DNA from: Guillardia theta CCMP2712 | Taxonomy: Eukaryota > Protista > Cryptophyta | Assembly (NCBI RefSeq): GCF_000315625.1 | Contig: NW_005434663.1 | Span: 959,882 to 1,023,881, forward strand | Length of the DNA: 64,000 bases | Reading direction: 5' to 3' | Shown: one piece after another, positions 39,676 through 58,231 of the stretch | Position numbering within the stretch: position 1 is the stretch's first letter | Layout of the letters: each line of letters starts with the position of its first letter | Made by a program: the position numbers and the translations under genes | The notes under the pieces: generated by a model | Told to the model about the DNA's origin: nothing | What the model saw: only the letters and a program-made list of their open reading frames with translations | The model's database searches: none

Positions 39676-41106
39676 ATGGCAGGGCTGACGAAGGAGATTC
39701 ATGAGGCGACTATGCAGACCCTGACGAAGGTACCGAGAGGAGGAGGAGGAGAAAAAGGGAGAGGAGACTCGAGATGAGGGGATGATGATTCATGCCGGAG
39801 AAAGATATGACCAAGAGTTGTTGCCATCCGCTGTGGTACTACCGATGGGGTACATTGCAGGGTGGCGTGAGGGCAGGAGAATTACAACCAGGCTAGGGAT
39901 GATGAGATTTAGTACTTGAGCTTTGTTGGTCAGAGCATTGAAGCCTGTGCTTCAGTGAAGATGGTGGTTGAGGCATTGATAGCTAGAGCGATCTCCTTGT
40001 GGCGAAGCAAACATCGCGTAGGTAGTACGGATTTGATCGGATCAAGCCCGTAAGTCGATTTGATGATACGGAGAGGCACAAAGGCTTTTGAGAATGATGT
40101 TGGGCATAAAAAATCAAAGGGAGAAGCATTAGTCTCCGGCGATGATCCTGTTTCTCCTTCGATCAGCGAGTACCTTGTCTGTTCCGAACTCATGTTGCTT
40201 TTCAGTTCAACGCCCTGGAGCCGAAGGATGCTCAGGTCTCGCTGGAGCAGCTGAAGGAGCTGAAAGTTTGTGCAAGTCAGGCGTAAGAATCTCCGCCAGC
40301 TGCCCTTGACGTGGTGCTGAAACGCTTTCTCAGCTGCGACCTGCTCGACAACATGATCTTGCACGCGCTGCCGTCCAGAGAGACGATTCAGAAAGAGCTT
40401 GAAAGTCTGAGCGACTTCAAAGATGTCACGGCCTTGTTTGAAACGCATCTGATACCGTAACTTCCAATCGCCTTGCTGACTTCCTCCTCCCGCTCATCCC
40501 CGTTGTCGATACTGCAGGATGCTGTCGGAGAAGGTAGAGAAGGCTCTGGAGGCTGAGGTTCCTTTCCGCGTCCTCTCCATGTTGGCTCCGATCCTTCAGT
40601 TCTTCAACAGTCATCAGAGCAAGATGGAGGGCTCGGAAGAGGTGGCGAGGAAATTCATTCAGCATTGGGCGGTGAGAGCTGCTGCCTTGCTGTCCTCCTG
40701 TCCCTCACTTGCCATGCAGGAGCTGCTAGGCGAGGGTTTGAGCATGATGGGCGTCACCGACGACTTCGAGATCGATGCGACGGTCTTCCATGAGCTGCTG
40801 TCTGCTGTCCAGAACGTCGGGATCTTTGAGGACGACTCTCTCAACGAGGCAGCTGAGCAGCTGGAAGGGTTCCTCAGGCAGTATGAGGAGGACGGACAAG
40901 AGTTTGAGGTGACCCCCAGCTCAGTTTGCTCGCTGCCCCTGATCTTTCGCATGCAGGAGTATGGCGGCGAGATCTCGGATGAGGAGGAGGACGGAGGCGT
41001 TGTACGTGGGAGCAGCGAGGACGGAGACGCTGAAATCGAGGAGCAGGAGGAACCGAAGGGGAAGAGGGGGAATGGCCCAGAGGCCAAGAGGAGAAAGAAG
41101 ACGTGA
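39676..41106 (+). CDS. Hypothetical nuclear protein (acidic tail, KRRKK NLS)
   Basis: MAGLTKEIHEATMQTLTK exon, further exons, ORF 40519..41106. Confidence 0.55.
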
Positions 41107-41230
41107 TGGGACAAGCGTTGTTCTCTAGTTTTCAAAACCTGGCGCATGTTGCTCCCAGCCCGGAGATCTTTGAAGTTGCCCAGTCGCACTCTTGCACATT
41201 AATCGATCAGACAGGAAATGAAATGAAGTT

Positions 41231-47207
<5,977 letters not shown>

Positions 47208-48196
47208 GTCTTGTCATCAGCACATCTCCTGTCTCCTCTTCATTCTTCATCTTCAACCTCTTCTCGGTGTCCTCCCTCTCCTTCCTCCCCTGCTCGCATT
47301 TCTCTTGCAGCCATGGCGCTCCCAGTGGCGCTCCCCGACAAAAGTATCGGGGCGGGTCCAGTGGTCTACCATCATTGTGGTTACATACCCTGAGAGACTC
47401 CTCAGACGCTTCGGGAAGTAGGCCAGAAGGGGGTAGGGGGTACTCAATTTAGAAAGTCTACTTAACAAGGCAGGGTACTTTTTGTGATTGACTGGGGGGT
47501 GAATCCAAGGGGTGGTGAACCATACCTAGGGTGGGTGGTATCCAGCAATGTAGAAAGAGGTTCTCGCGGCAGATCCGCCCCATGACAGCGAAGAGGAGGA
47601 GATGCGAGGAGAGGAGCAGAAGCGAGAAAGGTGGAGAAGCAAAAAGAGTGGTCATGGAAGAGGAGATGCGAAGAAGTAAGGAGGTGGAGGAGCGAGAGCG
47701 AGCAGAAGAGCAAGAAGTTGCTAAAGCAGAAGAACGGGTTATGGCAGTTGAGATGGACCAGAAGGAAGAGGAGAAGGAAATGCGATATTAGGGGGAGGAG
47801 AGGAGAGGAGAGGAGAGGAGAGGGTGCAAGGATCCAGAGAATCTGAAGTAGGATATGATGAGCAGATTTTGCCTGATAAAATACATGATATGCGGAGAGG
47901 TAGAGTCCCAGTGGGATACATATGAGATCGCAGAAGATTAGCACAAAGATATGAGCAAGTTCAGAACAAAGTTCAAAACGCGATATGTTGTGAAAAGATC
48001 CCCATGGCAGGGATAAAACGTATCACTCCATCTTCGAAGATTTTCATTTGTGCATGACGGGGAAACGTCTTGTGCATTGCTGACTTGTTCTTAGTTGAAC
48101 TCCCAGAAACTTCTAGCAAAGGTCTGCAAGACCGTTACCTTCTATCTCGATCGATCTTTCCCCTTCGAAAGACTTTGGATCCTTCCGTTCCTGGAT

Positions 48197-49718
48197 ATGG
48201 CAGATAAAAAGAATGTCCCATGTTTTTTCTTTCGTGAGAATTTTGATTTCTTCCAACATTTTGAATAGTGATTGTTTTCCCCTACACAAACGTGCTTGTA
48301 GGAAAGGGAGCTTGCAGAAATGGCGACAATTGCCCCTTCTCCCATGATCCGAACTGTCCGCCTACAGTGCAAGAGCCACAACCAAGAACCGGTGACACGT
48401 CCTTGACGTTTCAAGGATGTGGAGGAGAATTCCAGGTCATTGAGATCTTGCTATGCTGTCAGGCCCCCCTAGTCGATTCATTTATATCGAACCGAAGCAT
48501 CCATCAGTGTACTACTCCATCGATGTGAGTTCCAAACTCTTTCAATTCATGAAATTTAAACATATGAACAGGTGGAATGTGTTGCGACGGACGTGCAGGT
48601 GAAAGACAAAATCTTGGAGAGTTTTCTGAATGATTCGCACTTGTGTAGTGCCTCTTGAACGCTTTCTGACCCATCCTTAACACAGCACAATGCTCGCGCT
48701 ACAGCTCAAATTTCTTTGGTCTCATATGACGAACAGTGTATTTTGAATCTATGTGTGACATGCTTTTGCCATCTAAATCTTGCCTGAACTTGAGTTTAGA
48801 TGTCAAACCAGAATGCGAGGTTCGGAGCTACCTGTCTCCTTTGACTGGGTTATGATTTTTAAGTAAGTGAGGGTCAAGACTGATGTTGGAAAAAGGCTGT
48901 CCAAGGAGATGCTGGACCAGCATGGCATGAGCTTGGATCAGGTGCATTCTGCATACTCGAGCATAGATACTAATGCTTCGCGTCTTGTGATGTCCCCTAA
49001 GGCGATGGCAATTCTGAGATCCCATCTTCCAAAACATGCTATTCTGGTCGGTCAAAACATTCGCAAGGATGTTGAGTGGCTCCAGGTGAAGGCAGGCCTT
49101 TCATGAAATATGTCAGCTAAGAAAGTTCAAAGCTTGAAGAAGGCAAGGACTTTGAGAGTGTTGTCGATCTGGCAGGAATTACAATCTTGGGCTTGTTTTC
49201 TGAATCGTACTGAATGCTCTAAGCAGTCATCGGAAGAGTATGGAATGATCAGTTCTCATCGTTCACCTACTTCGGATTGGATCATACAGCCACATGCTGG
49301 TTAGGTCAGGTGAGTCGGTTGAAGTTGCGGGAATGCAAATAATTCTCCACGAAGGCGAACAGCGGGGCACCACACAATGCTGTGACTGATGCCATCAAGT
49401 CAATGCAGGTAATTTCCGCTGAATTCCATTTTGCATATGACGAGTCCCTCAAGATTTTCAAGCTGTACCTCAGCGTTCAGAACGATCAAAAGAGAGTTGA
49501 AGAATTGCAAAAACTCCTGCTTGCAACTCCTCTTGCTCCTTCCTTTGCGAAGCAGGTTTTTGGCCAAATGAGTCCAGATCTGGTCTAACAATCGGACGCA
49601 GCATCCAACTTACGAAGGCTGCTGCATGGGAAACAGGAAGACCTGCACGGTAAGGCGTTTGTGGGTGAAATGTAGAGGTGACTTGCTGATCTAGTGCGGA
49701 GCTCCTTTCTTCAGTTAG
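48197..49718 (+). CDS. CCCH zinc finger + DEDDh RNA exonuclease (REX4-like), many micro-exons
   Basis: CFFF...GACRNGDNCPFSH; YSIDVECVAT; LVGQNIRKD; HNAVTDAIKSM; C-terminal EGCCMGNRKTCTCGAPFFS*. Confidence 0.85.
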
Positions 49719-49867
49719 TTCAAGTCAACTTTCAAATCAAATTAATGGGAAGGAATGGATGCTGAATTAGAGATTCAAGGAGATCTTGTTTCTACACTGT
49801 CTCGAGAGACAGAATATCGCATAACGAATGCAACGACATGGCTGAAATCGCGTTGATGTTTTTATTC

Positions 49868-51753
49868 TCACATTCTCACCAGTACGCTCCTCTTGCCTGC
49901 GATATCAACAATTTGGTCAGTGTATCTTCACAATCAGTGACATCAGTTGAGCACAGTCAGTCAAACAACCATACCTTGAGCTTATCTGTGAGAGTGTTGA
50001 TGGCAGCCTCCTCTGATTCCCACAACATCTGAAGAGAAGGATCAGCTCCTGCTTGCGGTGGTGAACTTACTCGCCGTGATGATATCCGCAACTTCCTTCC
50101 TGACAAGGCTCTCTTGCCCAGCCATATAGGCCTCCTTCAATCTCGCTCGAGCGTCGTCGATGAAATCCTTTCTGTCCTGGATAATTCGGCGCATGAAGAT
50201 TTTGGCTCTTGCCTCGTTCCCCTCCGAGAGCATCTCACCATAGTTTGTCTGCACCTTCGTCAAATCTGCTTCATTCGAAATTTCTCTGATGCGAAAGTAG
50301 TTAATCAAAGGGCCCATCGGATCTGTGTCATGTCTGATGTCGAACAGCTGCTCGACGGCTACCATGCCACGGGCTTTCAGGATTTCTTCCTTCTGTGCGA
50401 AGTACGGGTCTTTCTCATCAATACTGACGGATAGAGTTGTTTCTTGGCACTTAGGATTGGGCGAAACAAAGCCGTAAGTAGTCAACATGTTCCAGCTGTC
50501 GTGGAAACTGTCAAGAGCCATTTCAGTTTTGCATCAACAAACTTACTTGGGCTTGTCGCCATAGAAGCCGAAGAGCTCTTCACCTTCCTCGATGCTCTTG
50601 CCCTTGTCTGCGACACGGACAGGAAAGCCCTTCTCGTTATCTCTCTCGAGGGCCGTGTCGAAGGTGATCGAGGGCCCGTAGCTCCCATGGTTGAAGATGT
50701 CCAGCAATGGAATCACCACTCTCTCTTCCAGCCCCTTGTCGCCCCTTCCTATCTTAGAGTCGAAAGCTCTGGACAGGACGGAAGCAAAGGCTCCTCTCAT
50801 CATGAAGCCGAACTCCTCCGGTGTCATCTTTTCCGTCTCGATGGTCTGGAAGAACTGCTTCCAACCTTTGGGGTTGAGGACAGGCTCGAACAGCTCTGTG
50901 GCTACCTCCACCTGTTCTCGGAAGGCGAGGATCTCTCTGTGAGCATAGGTCCCTTCCAAGAGATCGACCTCTTCGTCTGTCCACAGAAGAGGATGAAGAG
51001 AATCCCAAGGCAGAACATCGATGAAAGGCTTGTAGCTCGACTCTGATCCCTTCATCTTCTCCCGCGCAAGGAAAGTTGCTAGTGCGACGACTTCGATTCC
51101 TTCCCCTGCAGCGCTTGCAAGCTTCTGCATCGACTTACCGAGCTGACGATCCTCAAAGACGAGCTCTGGATAGATACAGCATGACTTGGGGATCATGAAG
51201 AGCGTTTCTCCGGGCTCCAGCCTTCTGTTCGCGAACACGCCCTGGTACCTTCAATCAGAAGACACAGAGCACGTGGGAAGGCCAGACCAATCCTTCCAAC
51301 GGACTCCTCTGGAGGTCAACCTTGCTCATATCTACACCATGCTCCTCCTACAAGCTAGTCAGTGGCAATCATAATTACAGCATGGCCGACCTCCAACCAG
51401 ATCCGCAGGGCGTTCCCTCTCAACCCCCCATCAACTTCCACGACCCTCTTCGGTGCATACCACAAGGATTGGTCACTGGTTGAGACTTGCATCCTGCTAA
51501 CAGACAACTCGCATCGCCCGCTGCAGCGTCTCAGTCTCAAGCTCTGCATTCCTTGTCCCCGGACATCCAATCGAGACAGGGAGAAAGCAAACGACTGAGA
51601 AACCATGCTCATCATCATGGCGGCTAGGATGATCGAGGTAGATCCTCCTGCTCCTCCTCCTCGCTTGCTCCTTTGTGCATCACTGTGTCTCCCCCCTCCT
51701 GCTCCTGACTTCTGTCGTCTCAGTGTCTCGCTGCCGGTACCATAAGCGGCCAT
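49868..51753 (-). CDS. Rubisco LSMT-like SET-domain lysine methyltransferase, probably plastid-targeted
   Basis: GVFANRRLEPGETLFMIP, YKPFIDVLP, VLSRAF, IPLLDIFNH, GEELFGFYG, LTTYGFV; N-terminal signal ending SFAF followed by an R/S-rich transit-like peptide. Confidence 0.87.
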
Positions 51754-52061
51754 GTTTTATAAGACGGTAGGTTCCCCGCTTCCCCGCTCAGACCGTCTGG
51801 CACAGCGGCACCCAGAGCAGCACCCAGAGCGGCACCAGCCAGGGCGGGGCCCGGGCCCCGCAGACACCGGACAGTGCAGCAGTGACTGGCGGAACAGCTG
51901 GCCGGGCGGAACTGAGGGCTCTCAGGGCCCTGAGCTGCTTCCGGGTCCTTCTAAGGGCCTCAGTGCAGGCCTACTAGCCTGAGGGCCTGCCCTCAGCCCT
52001 CAGGCCCTCAGCAGGATCGGATCCTCGTACTGATCTCAGTTTACTTGTCTTTGAGTAAACA

Positions 52062-52111
52062 GTGTCAGGGTCAAGCCTCCTTGACTCTCCTGATTGTCCT
52101 CGTACTGATCT
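52062..52111 (+). promoter_or_regulatory. Dispersed upstream element, copy 1
   Basis: 49/50 identical to the reverse complement of 55672-55721; 98 bp upstream of ATG 52209. Confidence 0.6.
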
Positions 52112-52208
52112 ATCACTACTTACTGACTTCCGACCGTCTCAGCAAGTTCGAGTGAACGAGCCGCCTTCCGCTTGTCAAGAATGACTTTTTCTTTGTCGCC
52201 GAGCAGCG

Positions 52209-53320
52209 ATGGTCGGGGAGGTAAGAGGAAGAGGAAGATGAAGGAACGGGGAGCGGAGGAGAAGGAGAAAGACGGGAGATGATGAGGCTGGCAGGATTCG
52301 GAGCTGAGGTCTCTCAAAGAGGAGCTGGAGAGAACGCGGGAGCAGCTCGTTGTGGAGAGGCAGAGGGTAGAGAAGTATGAGAGGAGGGAGCTGGACGTGC
52401 TCCAAGGCCACAGGAGGGAAGTGGAGACGTTGCATCGGCGAATCAAGGATCTAGAAGAAGACAAGAGGGAGCTGAAGAACCAGGTGCAGACTGAGCTGCG
52501 AGCTTGTTGCACAGTCACTCGCCTTTCTCCTGATGTGCTTCTTCCCTCATCGGGAACAGATCCTCCAGGACGCCAACCGTATCCATGATCTCAGCTCGGC
52601 TCTAGAGCGGACCAAGGAAACACTGTCGGGACGCGAGATGCTGCTGTCAGATTTGCAAGGCAAGAGCGAGCAGAAGAGGCAAGGGCATGACGTGCGATGG
52701 AGTCTGGGTTGCTGACTGCGTTCATGTGCACAGGATACTCCAAGAGGGCGAGATTCATCGTCTCAAGTTGTCGTTTGAAGGTTGATGACTCCTCGTGCTT
52801 CAGTGCGCTCATTTCGGTTTCGTTCTCTGCAGAAACTGCCGCCAAGAGGGATGCTGATCAAAGTGAAATCACGTGAGCAATCGTCGCATGCTGCCCTGAA
52901 TTCTGAATCTTCTCCTTCTACACCAGTCGTCTCCGAGAAGAAATCGCCAGGCTGCACGAGCGAGAGAACGAGGGTCTGAAAAAAAGGTCGATGCAGATGG
53001 ATTATGTCAGGACGTACATGTATGCTCAGTTCCTGCTCTTGAGCTTGTCTCACTCTCCTGTACGCACAGCATGGAGATTTCAGAGCAGTTAAGGTCCGCA
53101 AGTCACAAGGAGAACCAGTTCTATTCGACAGCACCGGGAGTAGCCGAAGATCTACAGAAGTGGCAGGTGAAGGGTCGAACATCTCGTCTCTCAAACCCTC
53201 AATTGGCTGCAGGACGAATATTTCTCTATCATGACAAACCCGAAGCCGCTCAAGGAGTTGGCAGACGTCGTCGGTGTTGATACAGGCGTCGGAGAATACA
53301 GCAGTAAGGATGAAGATTGA
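52209..53320 (+). CDS. Coiled-coil hypothetical protein (multi-exon)
   Basis: MVGE|DSELRSLKEELERTREQL...; E/R/K heptads; ends ...SKDED*. Confidence 0.65.
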
Positions 53321-53404
53321 GACGAAGTGTCCTTAAACTGACCTTCTGAACCCATCAGCTTTCTTGAGCAAAAGTTTGGGATCAAATACGACAGATCGGA
53401 GTTT

Positions 53405-55238
53405 CTAACCCGCTACATTCCATCGTTTCCTCATCCCTCCTCCATGGTGTTGCAATTGAATCTTTGAAATCAGACAGACTCTTGTGCAATAAAAGATCCA
53501 CAAGCGGCAGCGAGTTTGAAGATGAAACTGGCATTTAAGAACATATGTACAGTCAGTTGTGCGATATAGATTCCTACAGCAGGTTTCTCGCGTAAACCTC
53601 GTCCCGAATACTCTGTGCCTGGCTGAACTGTCACCCTTGGGATCAAGGCTCAATGATTTAGTCACCTGAGTTATGATTTGATCCATGTCCATGACGGGGA
53701 GATGGTGGAGCAGCGACAACATTTCAGAACGTTCGCTAAGCTCAATGATTGTCCCCTGAGATACATGTAAACAAGACTTGATTTGACTTGTAGAACATGA
53801 ACCTGCAAGTTGTCCAGTATTGCTAGACAGATGTATGTATGGAGTAAGATTCCATCATCTGGCGACTCGGCGGCGAAGTAAGTGTCCCATAACCGCAGCA
53901 AACAATCCGGCTGCAGACAAACAGAAAAGTCATGAATCTGATAGTTAATTTTTTCACCCAAGTCGAATCACAAACCGCTAATTCTCGACAGAGAAGGTAT
54001 CTCAACCATGAAACAGCCCACTCATTCACTTCCACTTCTTCCTGCAGGAAGTCTTACCCATCGAGGATCGGTCCTCGCCTCTCGCCTCACCTCCTCTAGC
54101 GCGACGTTGATCTCTGGGTATATCGTCTTGAAGAGCATGACGAATTGAGCGACGCGCAGGTTGAGTTTGTCTTCGGGCATGTGGAGGAGCATTCGAACCA
54201 TGAGCCCTTGGAAACAATAGAAGGCGTCTGATTCCTCCTGTTTCATTATGAGCCTGTCAATAGCAGCGGGTGTATGCTGTGAAAGAGAGCTTCCACCTGA
54301 GTGCAGATGATGAACGGAGGTAGGAGATGAGCGATGCTCGGTGGGAATCTGACACGAGTGTCAGCATCCTTGCACGGAGAGATCAGCATCCCATACTGTG
54401 CAAATGTCGTGTGTGATAAGAAACAAACCGAAATCCTCTCAATCATCTGTCTCCGCTTTGCATCTAGTTCGCCTTCCCACTGTCATGTGCTGAGAGAAAT
54501 TACAAATGCACGTGGGTATGAAAAAACCTGAGCAGAGTAATTTCTGAGTTCAACCTTCACTCGTCTCAGGACTTCCATATCATTCTACAACGTCAGAGTA
54601 TCAGCGAAATCAGAAGCAAGTGCTAGGACAAGACTTAAACCTGACTTGCTTCAACCATATCACGGTAGTTATCAGAAAGCTTCTTCGTGATTGACACCTA
54701 GCCTTGCATTCAGCTCGCTCCAAACATGACATCTGGATCCGCCCCACCTCTTCAGACTTATCTGGTTTCGATACATCTAGCAGATATTTCCAAACTTCTC
54801 CTCTTTGGCACTTTCAGTACAGAAACACAAACATTTCCAGACCTTATCTCCGCAGGAACACCATGTTGTGCCCTTAGTTTCAGCCTCGTCAGGTCGACAA
54901 AGGTATCTGCTATCAGAATATCTCGATACTCATCGAGAGTGGCAGCCCTGCCGTCCAGTCGCAGTCAAAGGAGGAGATTGAAAGATTGCCGCAGCATTGA
55001 AAGGTAGAATCATGATTGACAGGGGAAATAGCAAACCACAATCACAATGGCAAATGCGAGGAAAGAGGAGTTGGTGGTGAGAGTGGTTGTAGTGGCGTTG
55101 ATGGAGGAGGGAGGGAGGCAGGCAGGCAGGGGAGAGGAAGGGAGGGAGGGAGGCAGGCAGGGAGGGAGGCAGGCAGGGAGGGAGGCAGGCAGGGAGGGAG
55201 GCAGGCAGGGAGGCAGGCAGGGAGGCAGGCAGGGGCGG

Positions 55239-55271
<33 letters not shown>

Positions 55272-55515
55272 AGGCAGGCAGGCAGGCANNNNNNNNNNNN
55301 NNNNNNNNNNNNNNNNNNNNNNNNNNNNNNNNNNNNNNNNNNNNNNNNNNNNNNNNNNNNNNNNNNNNNNNNNNNNNNNNNNNNNNNNAGAGGGAGGCCG
55401 GGGAGAGGGAGGCAGGGCAGAGAGGGAGGGAGGGAGGGCAGAGAGGGAGGGGAGAGGGAGGGCAGAGAGGGAGGGGAGAGGGAGGGAGGGAGGGAGGAGT
55501 CGGTTCTTCTCACAT
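53405..55515 (-). CDS. TBC-domain Rab GTPase-activating protein
   Basis: DLTRLK...HGVPAEIR...WKYLL; EESDAFYCF; SWLRYLLCREL; LLRLWDTYF; LHTYICLAIL. First exon inferred across the gap. Confidence 0.82.
55105..55500. repeat. GGCA/GGGA microsatellite containing a 100-N assembly gap (55289-55388)
   Basis: Direct reading. Confidence 0.95.
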
Positions 55516-55671
55516 TGTGCATGGGTGTCGCTAGTATTGTTTGTCTTTACTCAAAGTTTGTCTCTGTCCTGATGTGGCCGGGCCGCGGCCGGTCACTTTA
55601 GTACTGAGAACAAAGACACTGAGAATTTATACTTCGGCCTACTTTAGTTACTCAGAGTTACTGAGTTTTAA

Positions 55672-55761
55672 AGATCAGTACGAGGACAATCAGGAGAGTC
55701 GAGGAGGCTTGACCCTGACACAGTCACTCTGTCGCACAGGCCACTGAAACGGCGAGAAGAG
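55672..55761 (-). promoter_or_regulatory. Dispersed upstream element, copy 2 (longest)
   Basis: Matches copy 1 over 50 bp and copy 3 over about 65 bp. Confidence 0.6.
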
Positions 55762-56301
55762 AAAAGACAGCGAGAACCAATCCCAATCCTGCCAACTGCT
55801 GTCCCCCAAACTTAAAACTGATACGGAAATATCGGCCGCCAAGTTATTACGTGAAAGATCGATCACAACTCTCATGAAGTGTAGGATCAAGGTTGAATCT
55901 CTCAGGCACATCATCGGCTGTCAGGTTGGCATAATCAACCGCCTGATCAGACACTTGCATAACTGATTCTGCTGACACCGTCAATGGAATCACAGTCGGA
56001 TCATCATCACAGGCTCCATTTCATGGACACGCTCAGCTTTGATTAGAAACCTGTAAGAGCCTCAATCTTGCCCGGCCTCAGGCTCCACACGTGACCAAAT
56101 AGAGAGCGGTAGCCGTCACAGGCATCATGTTGCCAAGTCCCTATATTGATCTTATCAGGCCATCGCGGCATGACAGTGCTCTCCAACAGTGCCATATTCT
56201 CCCCGGCCCTCCATTACGCGGCGAGATCGGATGATCGATACTATGATACGATATTCTTTACTGAGATACTCTTTTACCAAGTGACCGTGGCATGACAACA
56301 A

Positions 56302-57049
56302 TCAGGCACCACTAGTAAGACGCTGTAAGAGGACCTTGATTTCTGATACATCGCCCTTTATTGCCTTGATTTCTGTTTTCATTTCCTTGATTTCTGTTTT
56401 CATTTCCTTGATTTCTGTTTTCATTTCCTTGATTTTTGTTCCAAGCCTAGAAATATCGGCCCGCACTTCGTCTCTCAAGTCCTCTATTGTGCTAAACACG
56501 GTTCTCTGTGGAGTATAACCCAGGAAAAAGGGAACCTCTCTCAACCCCACTTCCACCATCGGATCAGCGTCAACAAGAAAGGATTCCAAGAACTCCTCGG
56601 ATAGCTCGCAGAGACCGTCTGATTTCATGGTCCCACTCGCGATCGGCGACGGGTAATCGAACTTGAACTTCAAAGTATGCTTAAGATGTGGAAATTCCCA
56701 GGTATGATTGTTGATAACTTCTTGCATACGTGACTGAAAAGTCCGAGCCCTGGAGCTGCATGTAATCCCGTCTTTATACTTGTTTGCCAGCTGTGGATCT
56801 GCCTGGATATACACCATCCGATCCACGTCTATTGTTGGAAGCATCCTACTTGTTACCATCGCTTCGAAATCATTCTTTGGACAAAGGTGACGCAAGGATT
56901 CCAGGTGAAACACGCGATATTAAATTTGTACAAGAAACAAAAGATAACAAAAGCTCCCAGCCTCCAGACGTCAACATGGCAGACGGGAGGAGGAGGAGGA
57001 GGAGGAGGAGGAGGAGGAGGAGGAGGAGGAGGAGGCTCTGGGACCGCAT
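56302..57049 (-). CDS. Hypothetical protein with C-terminal heptad repeat (EIKEMKT)n coiled coil
   Basis: ORF 56302..56913 with a 21-bp tandem repeat; 5' exon uncertain (ATG 57049 or 56977). Confidence 0.6.
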
Positions 57050-57080
57050 GGCAAGAGTCGGCAGTAGTGCCAGCCGGCTG

Positions 57081-57144
57081 GGAGGTCGAGGAGGCTTTAC
57101 CCCAGACACACTCTACTGTCGCACAGGCCAAACGGCGAGAAGAG
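57081..57144 (-). promoter_or_regulatory. Dispersed upstream element, copy 3 (diverged)
   Basis: GTCGAGGAGGCTT.ACCC..GACAC...CTGTCGCACAGGCCA..AACGGCGAGAAGAG shared with 55698-55761. Confidence 0.55.
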
Positions 57145-57580
57145 GAGTACCACTGTGTTTTATAGTTTGAAGAAAATTCTTGGCAAAGATTTCCTCACAC
57201 TGTTTGGAACTTCAGGCTTTGGAAAAAGAGTTGGAATGTAACAATCTCATGTTGATGCAGATAGCGGAAGAAAAGAAATCTCCATCTACAACGTCAATAG
57301 ACCTGATACAGAATCGGATGGAGACAGCTCCGACGAAGATCATGATGAACCAAACAATGATAATATCCCAAATAATCCATCCACTTGCGGGAGCATTTTT
57401 CTCAGGCATTCGCCGATGCTTCGAGTCGGAATAGTGAGACAATGCCGTGCCGTGAGATTCGAATATTTACGGTATTTTTGTCCTGATGAGAAACTTGAAG
57501 CTGATAGTCATGGACCTTCGCGCAATGCAGACAAGAAGAAATTTAATAATTCTGTTCGAGCGCACTTCACTTTAACGTGG

Positions 57581-58231
57581 CTACTCCTTCAAAGTTATCC
57601 TCGTGTAAATTAATGTCGGAGTAAACTTGCGTCCATTGTCACGGGCCGGGATGCCTCCAAATCTCTGTGTGAAACATGCACATTCGTACCATTCTTTCGA
57701 GCTTGAAAGAGATGCATGTAGTGTCCTCTGATTTCGTTTCAATGCGACTGTCAGAGGGCCCAGGACATACAACGAACTTGGGCCTAATCCAGGTTCTAAC
57801 ATGTAGGGTTCGTCTTTGAAAGGCACGGGAAATTCTCTGTCAATGAGATCCGGTTGCAGATGTTTGAAAAGAAGCAGGAATGATGTGATATCATCGAGAC
57901 CCACATCAAATTCGACACGTTTCATTCGGGGTTTCAAAAAGGGCTGCCCACGTTTGCGAAACCAGCTAACCATTGTGGTCCTAATCTTGTGCAGATCGAT
58001 GTTGAGACGGAAGATATCAGTTTGCTTTCTAATGTGCAAAACATAGTAGCGCAACAAGTCCAATGACACATCCAGCTTGTTGAAATAAAGAAGTTGACAT
58101 TTTTCCTTTGAACTTTTGGCGTTGGCATGGAAATATAAGTATCCAACACACGATATCACATTCATAATTATCATTGATGCTACGATCATCACATGTCCGA
58201 GGCTGATGATCATGACGATTCTGCATATCAA
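57581..58231 (-). CDS. Hypothetical ORF in an AT-richer tract
   Basis: 216-codon ORF with no recognised domain. Confidence 0.3.
   Translation of the reverse strand: MICRIVMIISLGHVMIVASMIIMNVISCVGYLYFHANAKSSKEKCQLLYFNKLDVSLDLLRYYVLHIRKQTDIFRLNIDLHKIRTTMVSWFRKRGQPFLKPRMKRVEFDVGLDDITSFLLLFKHLQPDLIDREFPVPFKDEPYMLEPGLGPSSLYVLGPLTVALKRNQRTLHASLSSSKEWYECACFTQRFGGIPARDNGRKFTPTLIYTRITLKE

Noticed and set aside
55010-55601. ORFs spanning the N gap
   Set aside because: Microsatellite plus assembly gap
52062-55721. Terminal inverted repeats of a gene-capturing transposon
   Set aside because: No target-site duplication or transposase, and a third copy at 57081 shows the element is dispersed
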